From Myxococcota bacterium (GTDB lineage: Bacteria > Myxococcota_A > UBA9160 > PR03), in assembly GCA_041611735.1 (NCBI GenBank), contig JBFIML010000021.1, positions 1 through 64,000 on the forward strand: a stretch of 64,000 bases of DNA. Reading direction: 5' to 3'. The position numbers and the translations under genes were made by a program. The notes beneath the pieces were generated by a model, which was given only the letters and a program-made list of their open reading frames with translations, ran no database searches and was not told where the DNA came from. Positions 49,133 through 58,597 of this stretch are shown here, one piece after another (the stretch's first letter is position 1; each line of letters opens with the position of its first letter).

Positions 49133-50656
49133 GTGCGAGGTCCCTCCGCCAGGCTCGCTTTGTTCGGGGCCGTCGGGCTCGCCGCCAGCCTGGGAGCCTG
49201 CCGGCTGCTACTGCCGCTGCTGCCCGAGCGCTTTGCCGTGAACGTACCACTCCGGCACGCCGTGCTCGGCTGGAGCGTCGGGGCGCCCGAAGAGGTGCTG
49301 CGGGACGGGAGCATCCGGGTGCCCGCGGGCTTCTCGATCGGCGTATTCGCCCAGGACCTGCCCAACGCCCGCTTGCTGCGCTTCACCCCGATCGGCGACC
49401 TGCTGGTGAGCACGCCCCGCTCGGGACGCATCGTGCTGCTGCGCGATGCCGACCGGGACGGTCGCGCCGAGACCGCACGATCCGTGCTGGACGGGCTGAA
49501 CCGCCCTCATGGACTCGACCTGCACGACGGCTGGCTCTACGTGGCGGAGACCGACGCCATCGGCAGGGCGCGCTTCGACGCCGAGGCCGGCCGGGTCACG
49601 GGGCCTTTCGAGCGGGTGGTCACCGGGCTCCCCTCCGGCGGGGGCCACTGGACCCGCACCCTGCGCTTCGGCCCCGACGGCTGGATGTACGTCTCGATCG
49701 GATCGAGCTGCAACGTGTGCCGCGAGGAGGATCCCCGGCGCGCCGCGATCGTGCGCTACCGGCCGGACGGAAGCGGCGAGGAGATCTTTGCCCGGGGCCT
49801 GCGCAATGCGGTGGGATTCGCCTGGCGCCCGGAGACCGGGGAGCTCCTGGCCACGGACAACGGCCGCGACCTGCTGGGCGACGACTTTCCCCCCTGCGAG
49901 CTGAACCGGGTGGTGCAGGGCGGCTTCTACGGCTGGCCCTTCGCCAACGGGGAGCGGGTCCCCGACCCGGACTACGGGGCGGGACGCGAGGCGGAGATCC
50001 GCGCTTCGATCCCGCCGCTGCACGCCTTCCGGGCCCACAACGCACCGCTCGGCATCGCCTTCCTGGGCGCGGAGGCCGCCGTGCCGCCGGCCTGGCGCGG
50101 AGCGGCCCTGGTGGCCCTGCACGGCTCCTGGAACCGGACCCGCAAGGACGGCTACAAGGTGGTCTCCCTGCACTGGGGGCCCGAGGGCCGCATCGTGGAG
50201 CGGGACTTCGCGGTGGGGTTCCTGCGCGGCGAGCACGTGACCGGCCGTCCGGTGGACGTGGCGGTGGGCCAGGACGGCGCCATCTACGTCTCCGACGACT
50301 ACACGGGCGCCGTGTACCGGGTGGCGGCCGGTGAGCCGGCGGAGCGCCGGACGCCCCGGCGGGACTCCAGCCGGTCGGGCAGCGCATCCCTGGCGACGCT
50401 CCCGGCGGCGGAACGCAGCAGGCGGATGCAGCGGGGCCGGGCGCTGTGGGAGCGGCATGCCTGCGCCGGGTGTCACGAGGCCGAGCAGGCGACGCCGGGC
50501 GTCGTGCCGTTTCCCCTGGCGCAGCTCGGCCAGCGCTACGTCCTCGGGGAGCTCGAGGCCTACCTGGCCGCGCCGACGCCGCCCATGCCGGCGCCGCCCC
50601 TGGATGCGGAGCAACGCCGCGACCTGGCGGTGTATCTGCTGGAGACGCGTTCGTAG
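49133..50656 (+). CDS. Glucose/sorbosone (PQQ-type beta-propeller) dehydrogenase fused to a C-terminal monoheme cytochrome c
   Basis: [50 protein letters not shown], then CAGCH...MP. Hydrophobic N-terminus with possible lipobox LGAC. Confidence 0.85.
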   Translation: MRGPSARLALFGAVGLAASLGACRLLLPLLPERFAVNVPLRHAVLGWSVGAPEEVLRDGSIRVPAGFSIGVFAQDLPNARLLRFTPIGDLLVSTPRSGRIVLLRDADRDGRAETARSVLDGLNRPHGLDLHDGWLYVAETDAIGRARFDAEAGRVTGPFERVVTGLPSGGGHWTRTLRFGPDGWMYVSIGSSCNVCREEDPRRAAIVRYRPDGSGEEIFARGLRNAVGFAWRPETGELLATDNGRDLLGDDFPPCELNRVVQGGFYGWPFANGERVPDPDYGAGREAEIRASIPPLHAFRAHNAPLGIAFLGAEAAVPPAWRGAALVALHGSWNRTRKDGYKVVSLHWGPEGRIVERDFAVGFLRGEHVTGRPVDVAVGQDGAIYVSDDYTGAVYRVAAGEPAERRTPRRDSSRSGSASLATLPAAERSRRMQRGRALWERHACAGCHEAEQATPGVVPFPLAQLGQRYVLGELEAYLAAPTPPMPAPPLDAEQRRDLAVYLLETRS

Positions 50657-50673
50657 CGTCGAGGAGGGATCGC

Positions 50674-51447
50674 GTGGCGTATCGCTTCATCCGCTGCCAC
50701 GAGGAAGGCCTCTTCGCCGTGGTGACCATGCGGCGGCCGGAGCAGCGCAACGCGCTCTCCGAGGAGCACCTGCGCGAGCTGCTCGCGGCCTTCCGACAGG
50801 TGGGCGAGAGCAAGGCGCGCGGCGCGATCCTGGCCGCCGAGGGCCCCGTGTTCAGCGCGGGCCACGACTTCGCGGACATGGCGGAGCGGGACCTGGCGTC
50901 CATGCGCCGCCTGCTCGGGGTCTGCGCCGAGCTGATGCAGGCGCTCCAGGCGATCCCCCAGCCCGTGGTGGCGGAGGTGCAGGGGCTGGCCACGGCCGCC
51001 GGCTGCCAGCTGGTCGCCTCCTGCGACCTGGCGGTGGCCGCCGAGTCGGCCCGCTTCCAGGTGCCGGGAGGCCGCGGCGGCTGGTTCTGCACCACGCCCG
51101 GGGTGGCGCTGGCCCGGGCAGTGGGGCGCAAGCGGGCCCTGGAGATGCTCCTGACCGGCGATCCCGTGGACGCCCGCACCGCCTGGACCTGGGGCCTGGT
51201 GAACCGCGTGGTCCCGGAGGGCGAGCTGCCGGCCGCCACCCGCGAGCTCCTGGCCCGGGCCACCCGGGGCAGCGCCCTCTCCAAGGCGATGGGCAAGCAG
51301 GCCTTCTACCGGCAGGTGGACCTGGACCTGCCGGCCGCCTACGCCTACGCCGGCGAGGTGATGGCCGCCGCCTCCCAGACCGAGGAGGCGCGCGAGAACC
51401 TGCGGGCCTTCCTGGAGAAGCGCCCCCCCCGCTTCCCGGAGGGATGA
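50674..51447 (+). CDS. Enoyl-CoA hydratase/isomerase family protein (ECHDC3-like)
   Basis: RNALS, FSAGHD, ATAAGCQLVASCDL, FCTTPGVAL, EMLLTG, GLVNRVV. GTG follows GAGGAGG. Confidence 0.9.
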   Translation: MAYRFIRCHEEGLFAVVTMRRPEQRNALSEEHLRELLAAFRQVGESKARGAILAAEGPVFSAGHDFADMAERDLASMRRLLGVCAELMQALQAIPQPVVAEVQGLATAAGCQLVASCDLAVAAESARFQVPGGRGGWFCTTPGVALARAVGRKRALEMLLTGDPVDARTAWTWGLVNRVVPEGELPAATRELLARATRGSALSKAMGKQAFYRQVDLDLPAAYAYAGEVMAAASQTEEARENLRAFLEKRPPRFPEG

Positions 51448-51472
51448 CCGGCCCGGCCGCCCGAACCTGGGT

Positions 51473-51500
51473 TCAACCCTCGAGCCGGAGCGTCCGATGA
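51473..51500 (+). promoter_or_regulatory. Sigma28/FliA-type promoter upstream of the C25 protease gene
   Basis: TCAAC-N15-TCCGATGA, 7 nt before ATG at 51508. Confidence 0.5.
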
Positions 51501-51507
51501 ACCCTGC

Positions 51508-54500
51508 ATGCCGGATGCCGGGGAAAGGCGGGCCGTCGCGGGGCGGTGGCGGGGGCACTGCGGGCTGCTTGCCCTCGCCCTCTTCCTGGGCACCGCGCTC
51601 CGAGCCGGGGCGGCGGTGGCCCCGGGCGACTACTGCGTGGTGGGCCTCGGCGCCAATCTAGGAGGGGTCGCGGACGGCTGGCTCGCCCTGGTGACCCCCG
51701 CCGGCGCGGTCACCGACCTGACGCCGTCGCTCACCACGGGCCTGTTGAACCCCTGGGACTGCGCCATCGACCCCACCACCGGCGACGTGATCCTGGTGGA
51801 CGAGGGCAACACCGGCAATGCGGAGAACGGGGTCGTCTACCGCGTCGCCGTGTCCGGCGCGACGGTGACCCAGACCGTCCTGCACGCCGGCGCCCCGCTC
51901 ATCAACCCCCGCGGCGTGGCGGTGGCCATTGACGGAACCCTCTACATCGCCGACGTGGGTCAGCGCGTCAACAACAGCATCGACGGGGCGGTCTACTCCC
52001 TGGTGCCCGGGGGCAGTCCGACGCGGCTCGACACCGGCGGCGTCGGCCTGGCCAATCCCACGGATCTGGACCTGGATCCGCGTCCCTGGACCGGCGCCAG
52101 CGCCGGCTCGAATCTGATCCTGCTGGAGATGCGCGGCGGCAACCTGCTGCGCGTACCGAGGGCGGGGGGAAGCGTCGTCAGCGTGGCCACGGGTCCCGGC
52201 GGAGACGAGTGGCGCTCGTTGGAGACCGGGCCCTATGGCAACTACTTCGTGACCCATCGGGAAGGACGCCGCGTCGACCGCTACGACCGCCTGACCGGCA
52301 ACCGCCAGACCGTGGCCACCGGCAGCGGCGGCGGGATCCTCGACCGGCCGCAAGGGGTGAGCGTCGACTACTTCACGGCGGATCTCGTCATCGCCGACGA
52401 GGTCTCCGGGGTCGTGAACCTGCCGCCCAATGCCTATCTCGCCGGCGCCCCGGGCCCGACCCGGACCGCCACGGCCGCCTCGCTCCCGGGGCCGCAGCCG
52501 GCCGGGATCGGCTTCTCGCCCCCCCTGGCCAGCGCGAGTCCGAACGCGAACTTCGGCATGCCCACGCGGCGGGCCCCCATCCCCGGCAGCGCCTACCTGG
52601 TGAACGGTCCGGCGGCGGCCGCAAACCGCGGCGACATGGAGCACGAGGCCAACTTCTTCATCGAGGTGACGAGCACCGCGAAGCCGCTCCGCATCCGCCT
52701 CTTCGACCCGAACACCCGCAACGGCTACGACCAGCCGCTCAACGCCTCGTTCACGACCAGCATGACGTACCGGCTCTACAGCCCATCGGGAGCCCTGCTC
52801 ACCGCCGTCAGCATCCCGGGCAACGGGCGCGTGGACCTCGACCAGCGCATCGCCACCCTGAACGCGGGCAACACGCTCAGCGTGCGCGGCCCCGGCGTGC
52901 CGCTGGCCGCCGGGGCCTTCGGGCTGTATCGGCTGCAGGTGGACGGGGTGACCGGGAACAATCCCGCCAGCGACGGAGACTGGAACGCCTTCGGCCTCTG
53001 GGTGGAGGACTTCCACACCTACACCTACAACCACATCGTGGGTCCCCTCTTCACCCAGGCGGGCCCTCCGGGCCTGAGCCCCCTCGACCCCTTCCGCCTG
53101 TACCCGTACGTGGAGCGGGGCTGCGAGTACACGACGAGCAACTTCGACGCCGACGGCAGCGGGACCGGCCTCACGATCCACACGCGCCTGGGCCAGGCCT
53201 TCCCCCTCACGCTCTCGGGCGCCACCGTGCACGCGGAGAACGCGATCGACCCCTCTCCGGCGGTCCCCGCCAGCATCGAGCTCGACTACGGACTGCACCG
53301 CTACGAGGGATCCCTCTCCCCGGATGCCACCCAGAACAACATCCTGACCGTGCGGACGCCGGACTTCCAGGGCTGGGTGGACGGCGGCGGCGCGGGCCCG
53401 CCGGTTCCCGTCCCGCCGGGCAACCCGGCGGCGAACCCGACCCCGTCGCTCCGCACGAGCCCCGGCCCGGCCTTTCCCCAGACGCCCTTCGGCCCGGCCA
53501 CCAACAGCTTCCTGCGCCACTACCTGCCGCGCTACGACGAACGTCCCGAGGCCGGGGCGTCGCCCCACGCCCCCTACCTGACCCAGGCCGCCACGCCCAT
53601 CAATGGCGACCCGCCCGCGGTCGGGGTGCCGGCCCGCTACGTGATCCAGGTGACGGTGGTGAACCCGGACCCCGTGAACGCTCTGCGCGACCTGACCCTG
53701 GCGGCGGAGGTTCCCGCGCCGGCGGTGTACGTGGATGCGGGCCCCGGGGTCTCCGGCGGCGCCACCGCCACCGGAGGCGCCAGCGTGACGACCTGCGGGC
53801 CGGCGCCCTGCTCGGGCTTCGTGACCGCCAGCTGGGCGAACGTCCCTCCGGCCTCGGTGCAGGTGCTCTCCTACGCCGTCCAGGTGGTGGCCACGTCCGC
53901 CGGGCAGCGCCTCTACCTGACCGGCGGACCGGCGGTGCGCGGGGGCGGGGCGAGCCCGCCGGCCAACCCCGGGGCGAGCTTCGGGACCTACGCCACCTTC
54001 ACCCCGGCCTGGTCGAGCGCCGGCTTCCCGCGCACCGAGAGCCTGGGCCCCCTGTGCGACCTCTCGGTGGTGGAGGGCACCGTCACGCCGGTGGCGGTGG
54101 AGCTGGCGCGCTTCGAGGCCCGACCCGGCGACGGCCGCGTCGAGCTGGTCTGGGAGACCGCGGCCGAGTTCGACAACCTGGGCTTCTACGTGTACCGGCG
54201 TCTGGAGAGCGAGCCGGAGTTCGTGCGGGTGAGCCCGGAGCTGATGCTCGGCCGGGGCACCACGGACCTCTCGGCCCGCTATGCCTTCCTGGACGAGACC
54301 GTGCCCAACGGCGTGCGCGCCGAGTACCTGCTCGAGGACATCGAGTTCGACGGGGACACCACGCTCCACGGCCCGGTGGCGGCGACGCCTCGGGCGGGGC
54401 TCGCGCTGGCGGCCACGGATCCGGCGCTGCTGGCCGGCTACGCGGAGCTCGCTGGCGGAGCCGGGCCGGGCCCGGGACCCGCCTCGCCGGACCCGACCGA

Positions 54501-57500
54501 CGAGCCGGGCGCTCCCGCGACCCCGGCGACGGAGGACGGCACCGACCCGAGCGCTCTCGCGGCCCCGTCACCGGACACGGGCGCCGTGCGCGTACTCCAG
54601 CGCGACGCACGCAGCCTCGTGCTCGAGGTGAGCGTGCCGCCCCTCGAGATCGGCACCCGCGAGGTGGACGGCGTCCGCTTCACGACGGTGGCAGCGCCGG
54701 GCTACGGCAGCAGCGTCGCCCCGGGCCTGCCCCGCCTGCCGACCCGCGTGGCCTGGGTCGAGGTGGCGGACACCCCGGTGGTGGCGGTGGACGTGCTGGA
54801 ACGCGAGGGGGAGACCCGGACCCTGGACGCGCCGGTCCTCCCGGTGGCGCAACCCGTGCTCGACGGCGGGACGGCCAGCGGCGCGCTGGTGCCGGACCCG
54901 GAGGCCTACGCCAGCACGGCGCCCTACCCGGCCGGGCCCCTGAGCCTGGCCGGCAGCGTCCGGCTGGAGAGTGGCCAGCGCCTGCTCTCGCTGCGCATCC
55001 AGCCCGCCCGCTACCGGGCCGCCGACCGCAGCCTCGAGGTGGACCGGCGCGTGCGCCTGCGGCTCAGCCTGGCGGGGCCCGTGACCTCGGTCGGGGCCAC
55101 GGACGCCGACACTGGAGCCGAGAGCCGACGCGCCGTGGCGGCCCTGGCCGGCGTGAAGCTCGCGGTGCGGGGACCGGCCCTGGTGCGCGTCCCGGCCAGC
55201 GAGCTGCTCGAAGCCGGCCTCGAGCCGCACGTGGACCCGCGCCGGCTGCACGTGTATCGCCAGGGCCGCGAGATCGCCGTCCGGGTCGAGGGCGAGAGCG
55301 ACGGACGCCTCGATCCGGGGGACGCGCTCTGGCTCTGGAGCGACGGGGTCGACACCCGCTACACGGATGAGGACGTGCTGTTCCTGGTGGCCGGCGACCG
55401 CTTCGGGCTCCGGACGCCCGTGGTGGATGCCGCGCCCGCGGGTCCGGCGCCGCCTCGCAGCGTCGCCGGCCAGGCGCGCTTCGAGGAGCAGCGCCTCTAC
55501 CTGCCGGGCATCCTCAACGGCGAAGGCGACAACTTCGTGGGCCGCTTCGTCTTCAACCGGGCCGTGGCGAGCGCGATTCCCAGCCCCGGCGCCGACGGCG
55601 CGCCGGCCCTGCTCCAGGTGCGGCTGCGCGGCGGTACGACCTACGCGGCCATCGAGCCGGACCACCACTTCCTGCTGCGGGCCCGCGGCGAGGTGCTGGC
55701 GGATCTTCGCTTCGACGGCTCGCAGGCCCTCGAAACCTGGGTGGAGCTCGGCGCCGGACGCGTGACCGAGGAGACGCTCTCGGTGGAGCTGGTGCCCCAG
55801 TTCGACTCGGGAGCACCCTTCGATCTCATCTACGTGGACTCCTTCGAGCTTCACTACCGGCGCCAGCTGGAGCTGCGGCCCGGGGACGCTGGACGCCTGG
55901 TCTTCAGCGCCGAGGAGGACGGCCCGCACCGCATCGCGGGCCTCGCCGACCCGGCGCGAACCGCCCTCTGGGACGTGAGCGACCCGGACGAGCCGCAGCG
56001 GCTGGTGGGCGTCCCGGACGGCGTCGGAGCCCTGGCCTTCCAGGCCCAGGCCGGCGCCCGCTACGCGGTGGTCGAGGAGGCTGCGCGCACCTCCGCGTCG
56101 TGGCTGGCGCCGAACACAGCGTCCACCTGGAGCGAAGCGGGCGGCGGCGCCGACTGGGTGGCCATCGTGCACGGAAGTCTCCACCAGGAAGCGGAGCGTC
56201 TGGCTGCGCACCGGGAGCGCCAAGGGCTGCGCACGGCCGTGATCGACGTGGAGGACGTCTACGACGAGATCTCTGGCGGTCTGGCGACGCCGGTGGCGAT
56301 CCGCGACTTCCTGCGCGGGATCTCTGCGAGCTGGGATCCCGCCCCGCGTCATCTCCTGCTGGTGGGCGAGGCGAGCTACGACTACCGCGACTTCCTGCGC
56401 GGGCGTGCCCCGAATCTGGTGCCGACCATGCTGGTGGACACCAGCTTCGTGGAGGCGGCGAGCGACTCCTGGTTTGGGGACCTGGACGACGACGCGGCTC
56501 CCGATCTGGCGCTGGGACGCATCCCCGCTCGCACGCCGGAGGAGCTGTCCGCCATCGTGGACAAGCTCCTGCGCCACGAAGCGGCCAGCGAGGGCGACGC
56601 GCCCCACGCCTGGCGCACCCGGCTGCTGCTGGTGGCCGACGATGGCCTCGGCGCCGGCGACCCCCGCGAGGCGGAAGCCTTCGAAGGCGTGCTCGACGGC
56701 GTGCGCGAGGTCGCGCCTCCGGCCTTCGAGAGCGATCGGCTGGCGCTGCGGGAGCTGCCGGAGGCGGGCCAGGGGGAGGCCGCCCGCGCCGCCGTGCGCG
56801 ACGCCCTGGAAGAGGGGCGCGCCTTCACCCTGTACGCGGGCCACGGCGGGGCACGGCTGTGGGCCGACGAGGGCATCTTCGGCGCCGACGACGTGGCGAG
56901 CCTCGCCAACGGAGAGGCGCTTCCGCTGTTCCTGGTGTTGAACTGCCTGAATGCCTTCTTCGACGCCCCGAACGAGGAGTCCCTGGGCGAGGAGGCCTTG
57001 CGCGCCCCGGACCGCGGAGCCGCCGCGTTCGTCTCCTCCACCACGGTTTCGGCCTTCGCCGGCCAGGACGCCTTCGCCCGGGCCCTGGCGGAGCGGCTCT
57101 TCGCGCCCGAGGTGCGACGCGTGGGGGAGGCGTTGCTCCAGGCCCAGCAGGCCATCCGCGGCGCCGCCGGGGCGGAAGACGTGCTGGCGAGCTTCGTGCT
57201 GCTGGGCGATCCCGCCACCACCGTGGCCCTGCCCCGCGTGCCGGTGGCCGATGCGGGCGCGGACCCTACCGTGAGCCGCTGGCAGGCCGTCCTGCTGGAC
57301 GGGCGCGCGAGCCGCTCCCCCTCGGGCGCCCGGCTCCGGCACCGTTGGCAGATCGTGGCCGAGCCCCGGCCGGGGGCCAGCACGCTGGTGGGCGCGAACG
57401 GCCCGACCCCCTGGTTCTGGGCCACCGAGGAAGGCGATTATCGCGTGGCCCTCCAGGTGCAGGACGGACGCTGGACCAGCGCCTCGGACGTGGTGCAGGT

Positions 57501-57687
57501 GCGGGTTCGGGCCGACGGGGACGCTCCCTTCCTCTGCGCAGCTCGCGACCCCCAGGCACCGCCCCCGCTCCTGTCGGGGATCGATCTCGTCTGGTTGGTC
57601 GCGCCCGCAGCGCTCTCGGCCCTCGGACGCTGGCGCCGACGGCGCCAGCGGATTCCCCGTGAAGGAGCCGTAATCCCCACGGGGTGA
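51508..57687 (+). CDS. Large secreted multidomain protein with a C25 (gingipain-like) cysteine peptidase domain
   Basis: Signal peptide, beta-propeller repeats, Ig-like/DUF11-like modules, a PVAVELARF...WETAAEFDNLGF module and a propeptide-like region. The C25 core has DVEDVYDE, LLLVG, SDSWF, LGRIP, YAGHG, LNC and LLGDP. It ends in a PKD-like domain and a Cys-TM-Arg tail. Confidence 0.85.
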   Translation: MPDAGERRAVAGRWRGHCGLLALALFLGTALRAGAAVAPGDYCVVGLGANLGGVADGWLALVTPAGAVTDLTPSLTTGLLNPWDCAIDPTTGDVILVDEGNTGNAENGVVYRVAVSGATVTQTVLHAGAPLINPRGVAVAIDGTLYIADVGQRVNNSIDGAVYSLVPGGSPTRLDTGGVGLANPTDLDLDPRPWTGASAGSNLILLEMRGGNLLRVPRAGGSVVSVATGPGGDEWRSLETGPYGNYFVTHREGRRVDRYDRLTGNRQTVATGSGGGILDRPQGVSVDYFTADLVIADEVSGVVNLPPNAYLAGAPGPTRTATAASLPGPQPAGIGFSPPLASASPNANFGMPTRRAPIPGSAYLVNGPAAAANRGDMEHEANFFIEVTSTAKPLRIRLFDPNTRNGYDQPLNASFTTSMTYRLYSPSGALLTAVSIPGNGRVDLDQRIATLNAGNTLSVRGPGVPLAAGAFGLYRLQVDGVTGNNPASDGDWNAFGLWVEDFHTYTYNHIVGPLFTQAGPPGLSPLDPFRLYPYVERGCEYTTSNFDADGSGTGLTIHTRLGQAFPLTLSGATVHAENAIDPSPAVPASIELDYGLHRYEGSLSPDATQNNILTVRTPDFQGWVDGGGAGPPVPVPPGNPAANPTPSLRTSPGPAFPQTPFGPATNSFLRHYLPRYDERPEAGASPHAPYLTQAATPINGDPPAVGVPARYVIQVTVVNPDPVNALRDLTLAAEVPAPAVYVDAGPGVSGGATATGGASVTTCGPAPCSGFVTASWANVPPASVQVLSYAVQVVATSAGQRLYLTGGPAVRGGGASPPANPGASFGTYATFTPAWSSAGFPRTESLGPLCDLSVVEGTVTPVAVELARFEARPGDGRVELVWETAAEFDNLGFYVYRRLESEPEFVRVSPELMLGRGTTDLSARYAFLDETVPNGVRAEYLLEDIEFDGDTTLHGPVAATPRAGLALAATDPALLAGYAELAGGAGPGPGPASPDPTDEPGAPATPATEDGTDPSALAAPSPDTGAVRVLQRDARSLVLEVSVPPLEIGTREVDGVRFTTVAAPGYGSSVAPGLPRLPTRVAWVEVADTPVVAVDVLEREGETRTLDAPVLPVAQPVLDGGTASGALVPDPEAYASTAPYPAGPLSLAGSVRLESGQRLLSLRIQPARYRAADRSLEVDRRVRLRLSLAGPVTSVGATDADTGAESRRAVAALAGVKLAVRGPALVRVPASELLEAGLEPHVDPRRLHVYRQGREIAVRVEGESDGRLDPGDALWLWSDGVDTRYTDEDVLFLVAGDRFGLRTPVVDAAPAGPAPPRSVAGQARFEEQRLYLPGILNGEGDNFVGRFVFNRAVASAIPSPGADGAPALLQVRLRGGTTYAAIEPDHHFLLRARGEVLADLRFDGSQALETWVELGAGRVTEETLSVELVPQFDSGAPFDLIYVDSFELHYRRQLELRPGDAGRLVFSAEEDGPHRIAGLADPARTALWDVSDPDEPQRLVGVPDGVGALAFQAQAGARYAVVEEAARTSASWLAPNTASTWSEAGGGADWVAIVHGSLHQEAERLAAHRERQGLRTAVIDVEDVYDEISGGLATPVAIRDFLRGISASWDPAPRHLLLVGEASYDYRDFLRGRAPNLVPTMLVDTSFVEAASDSWFGDLDDDAAPDLALGRIPARTPEELSAIVDKLLRHEAASEGDAPHAWRTRLLLVADDGLGAGDPREAEAFEGVLDGVREVAPPAFESDRLALRELPEAGQGEAARAAVRDALEEGRAFTLYAGHGGARLWADEGIFGADDVASLANGEALPLFLVLNCLNAFFDAPNEESLGEEALRAPDRGAAAFVSSTTVSAFAGQDAFARALAERLFAPEVRRVGEALLQAQQAIRGAAGAEDVLASFVLLGDPATTVALPRVPVADAGADPTVSRWQAVLLDGRASRSPSGARLRHRWQIVAEPRPGASTLVGANGPTPWFWATEEGDYRVALQVQDGRWTSASDVVQVRVRADGDAPFLCAARDPQAPPPLLSGIDLVWLVAPAALSALGRWRRRRQRIPREGAVIPTG

Positions 57688-57726
57688 TCGACTTTGGTGC
57701 GGCTCCCGAGCCGCTACACTCCGGCG

Positions 57727-58539
57727 ATGAAGATCCCGTCGAGCCGACTCCTGCTGTCCTTCGCCGCCTTCCTGCTCGCCCTCAGCCCCGCGACCCCCGT
57801 GCGAGCCGGCTCCGCCTTGCGCGTTCCCCTGCCCAACGCCTTCGGCTCGATCGGGGCGTCCACCTACGACCTGAAGGGCGAGCGCGTCGGCCCTGCCGCG
57901 ATGCAGGTGCTGCGCCTCGACGACGGGCACGTGCGGATCGAAGCGAGCAGCAGCATCGAGGGCGCCGAGCGAACCGTGGTGACCGCCGAGCTCGCCCCGA
58001 CCGACGACGGCGTGGCCCTGCGTCCGCTGCGGCAGGAGTCCCGCTCCTTCGACGCGACGGGGGCTCCCCTGGGTATCATGACCATCGATCACGAGGTAGG
58101 CATTGCCACCTGCGCCGCGCCGGGGGGAAGCGAGCGGGTCCCACAGCGGCTGGAGCTTCCAGGCGAGGAACGCGTGGCAAACGTGCTGCTGAACCTGGTC
58201 TTCCAGCCGCTGATCCGGGGCGAGACCCGGGAGGTGGATTTCCAGATCTTCGTGTGCCGCGGGGGGCCGCGCATCATGCAGGGAGAGGCGGTGGTGGAGG
58301 GCCCCCGGCCGGTGCGAGCGGGCGAGGCCACCGAGTTGGTGGAGGTGAGCTACAGCGTGGATCTCGGCCCGCTGCTCTCGCGGCTCGCCCGCCCGTTCCT
58401 GCCGCGCCTCTCCTCCTGGTTCGATCCCACGGCGAGCAGCGCCTGGGTGGGGCACCGCATGCCGTTGTTCTCGAATGGTCCGACGGTGCTGGTGGTGCGG
58501 ACGGGCATCTCGCCGGATCTCCTGACCCACTCCCCCTGA
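57727..58539 (+). CDS. Secreted hypothetical protein
   Basis: Signal peptide MKIPSSRLLLSFAAFLLALSPATPVRA. Coding-like codon usage, beta-rich, family not recognised. Confidence 0.7.
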   Translation: MKIPSSRLLLSFAAFLLALSPATPVRAGSALRVPLPNAFGSIGASTYDLKGERVGPAAMQVLRLDDGHVRIEASSSIEGAERTVVTAELAPTDDGVALRPLRQESRSFDATGAPLGIMTIDHEVGIATCAAPGGSERVPQRLELPGEERVANVLLNLVFQPLIRGETREVDFQIFVCRGGPRIMQGEAVVEGPRPVRAGEATELVEVSYSVDLGPLLSRLARPFLPRLSSWFDPTASSAWVGHRMPLFSNGPTVLVVRTGISPDLLTHSP

Positions 58540-58597
58540 GCTGCGCTTCCGGGCTCGAGCAGGAGTCGCACCGCGCCCCTCTCCGAGAACGCCTGGC

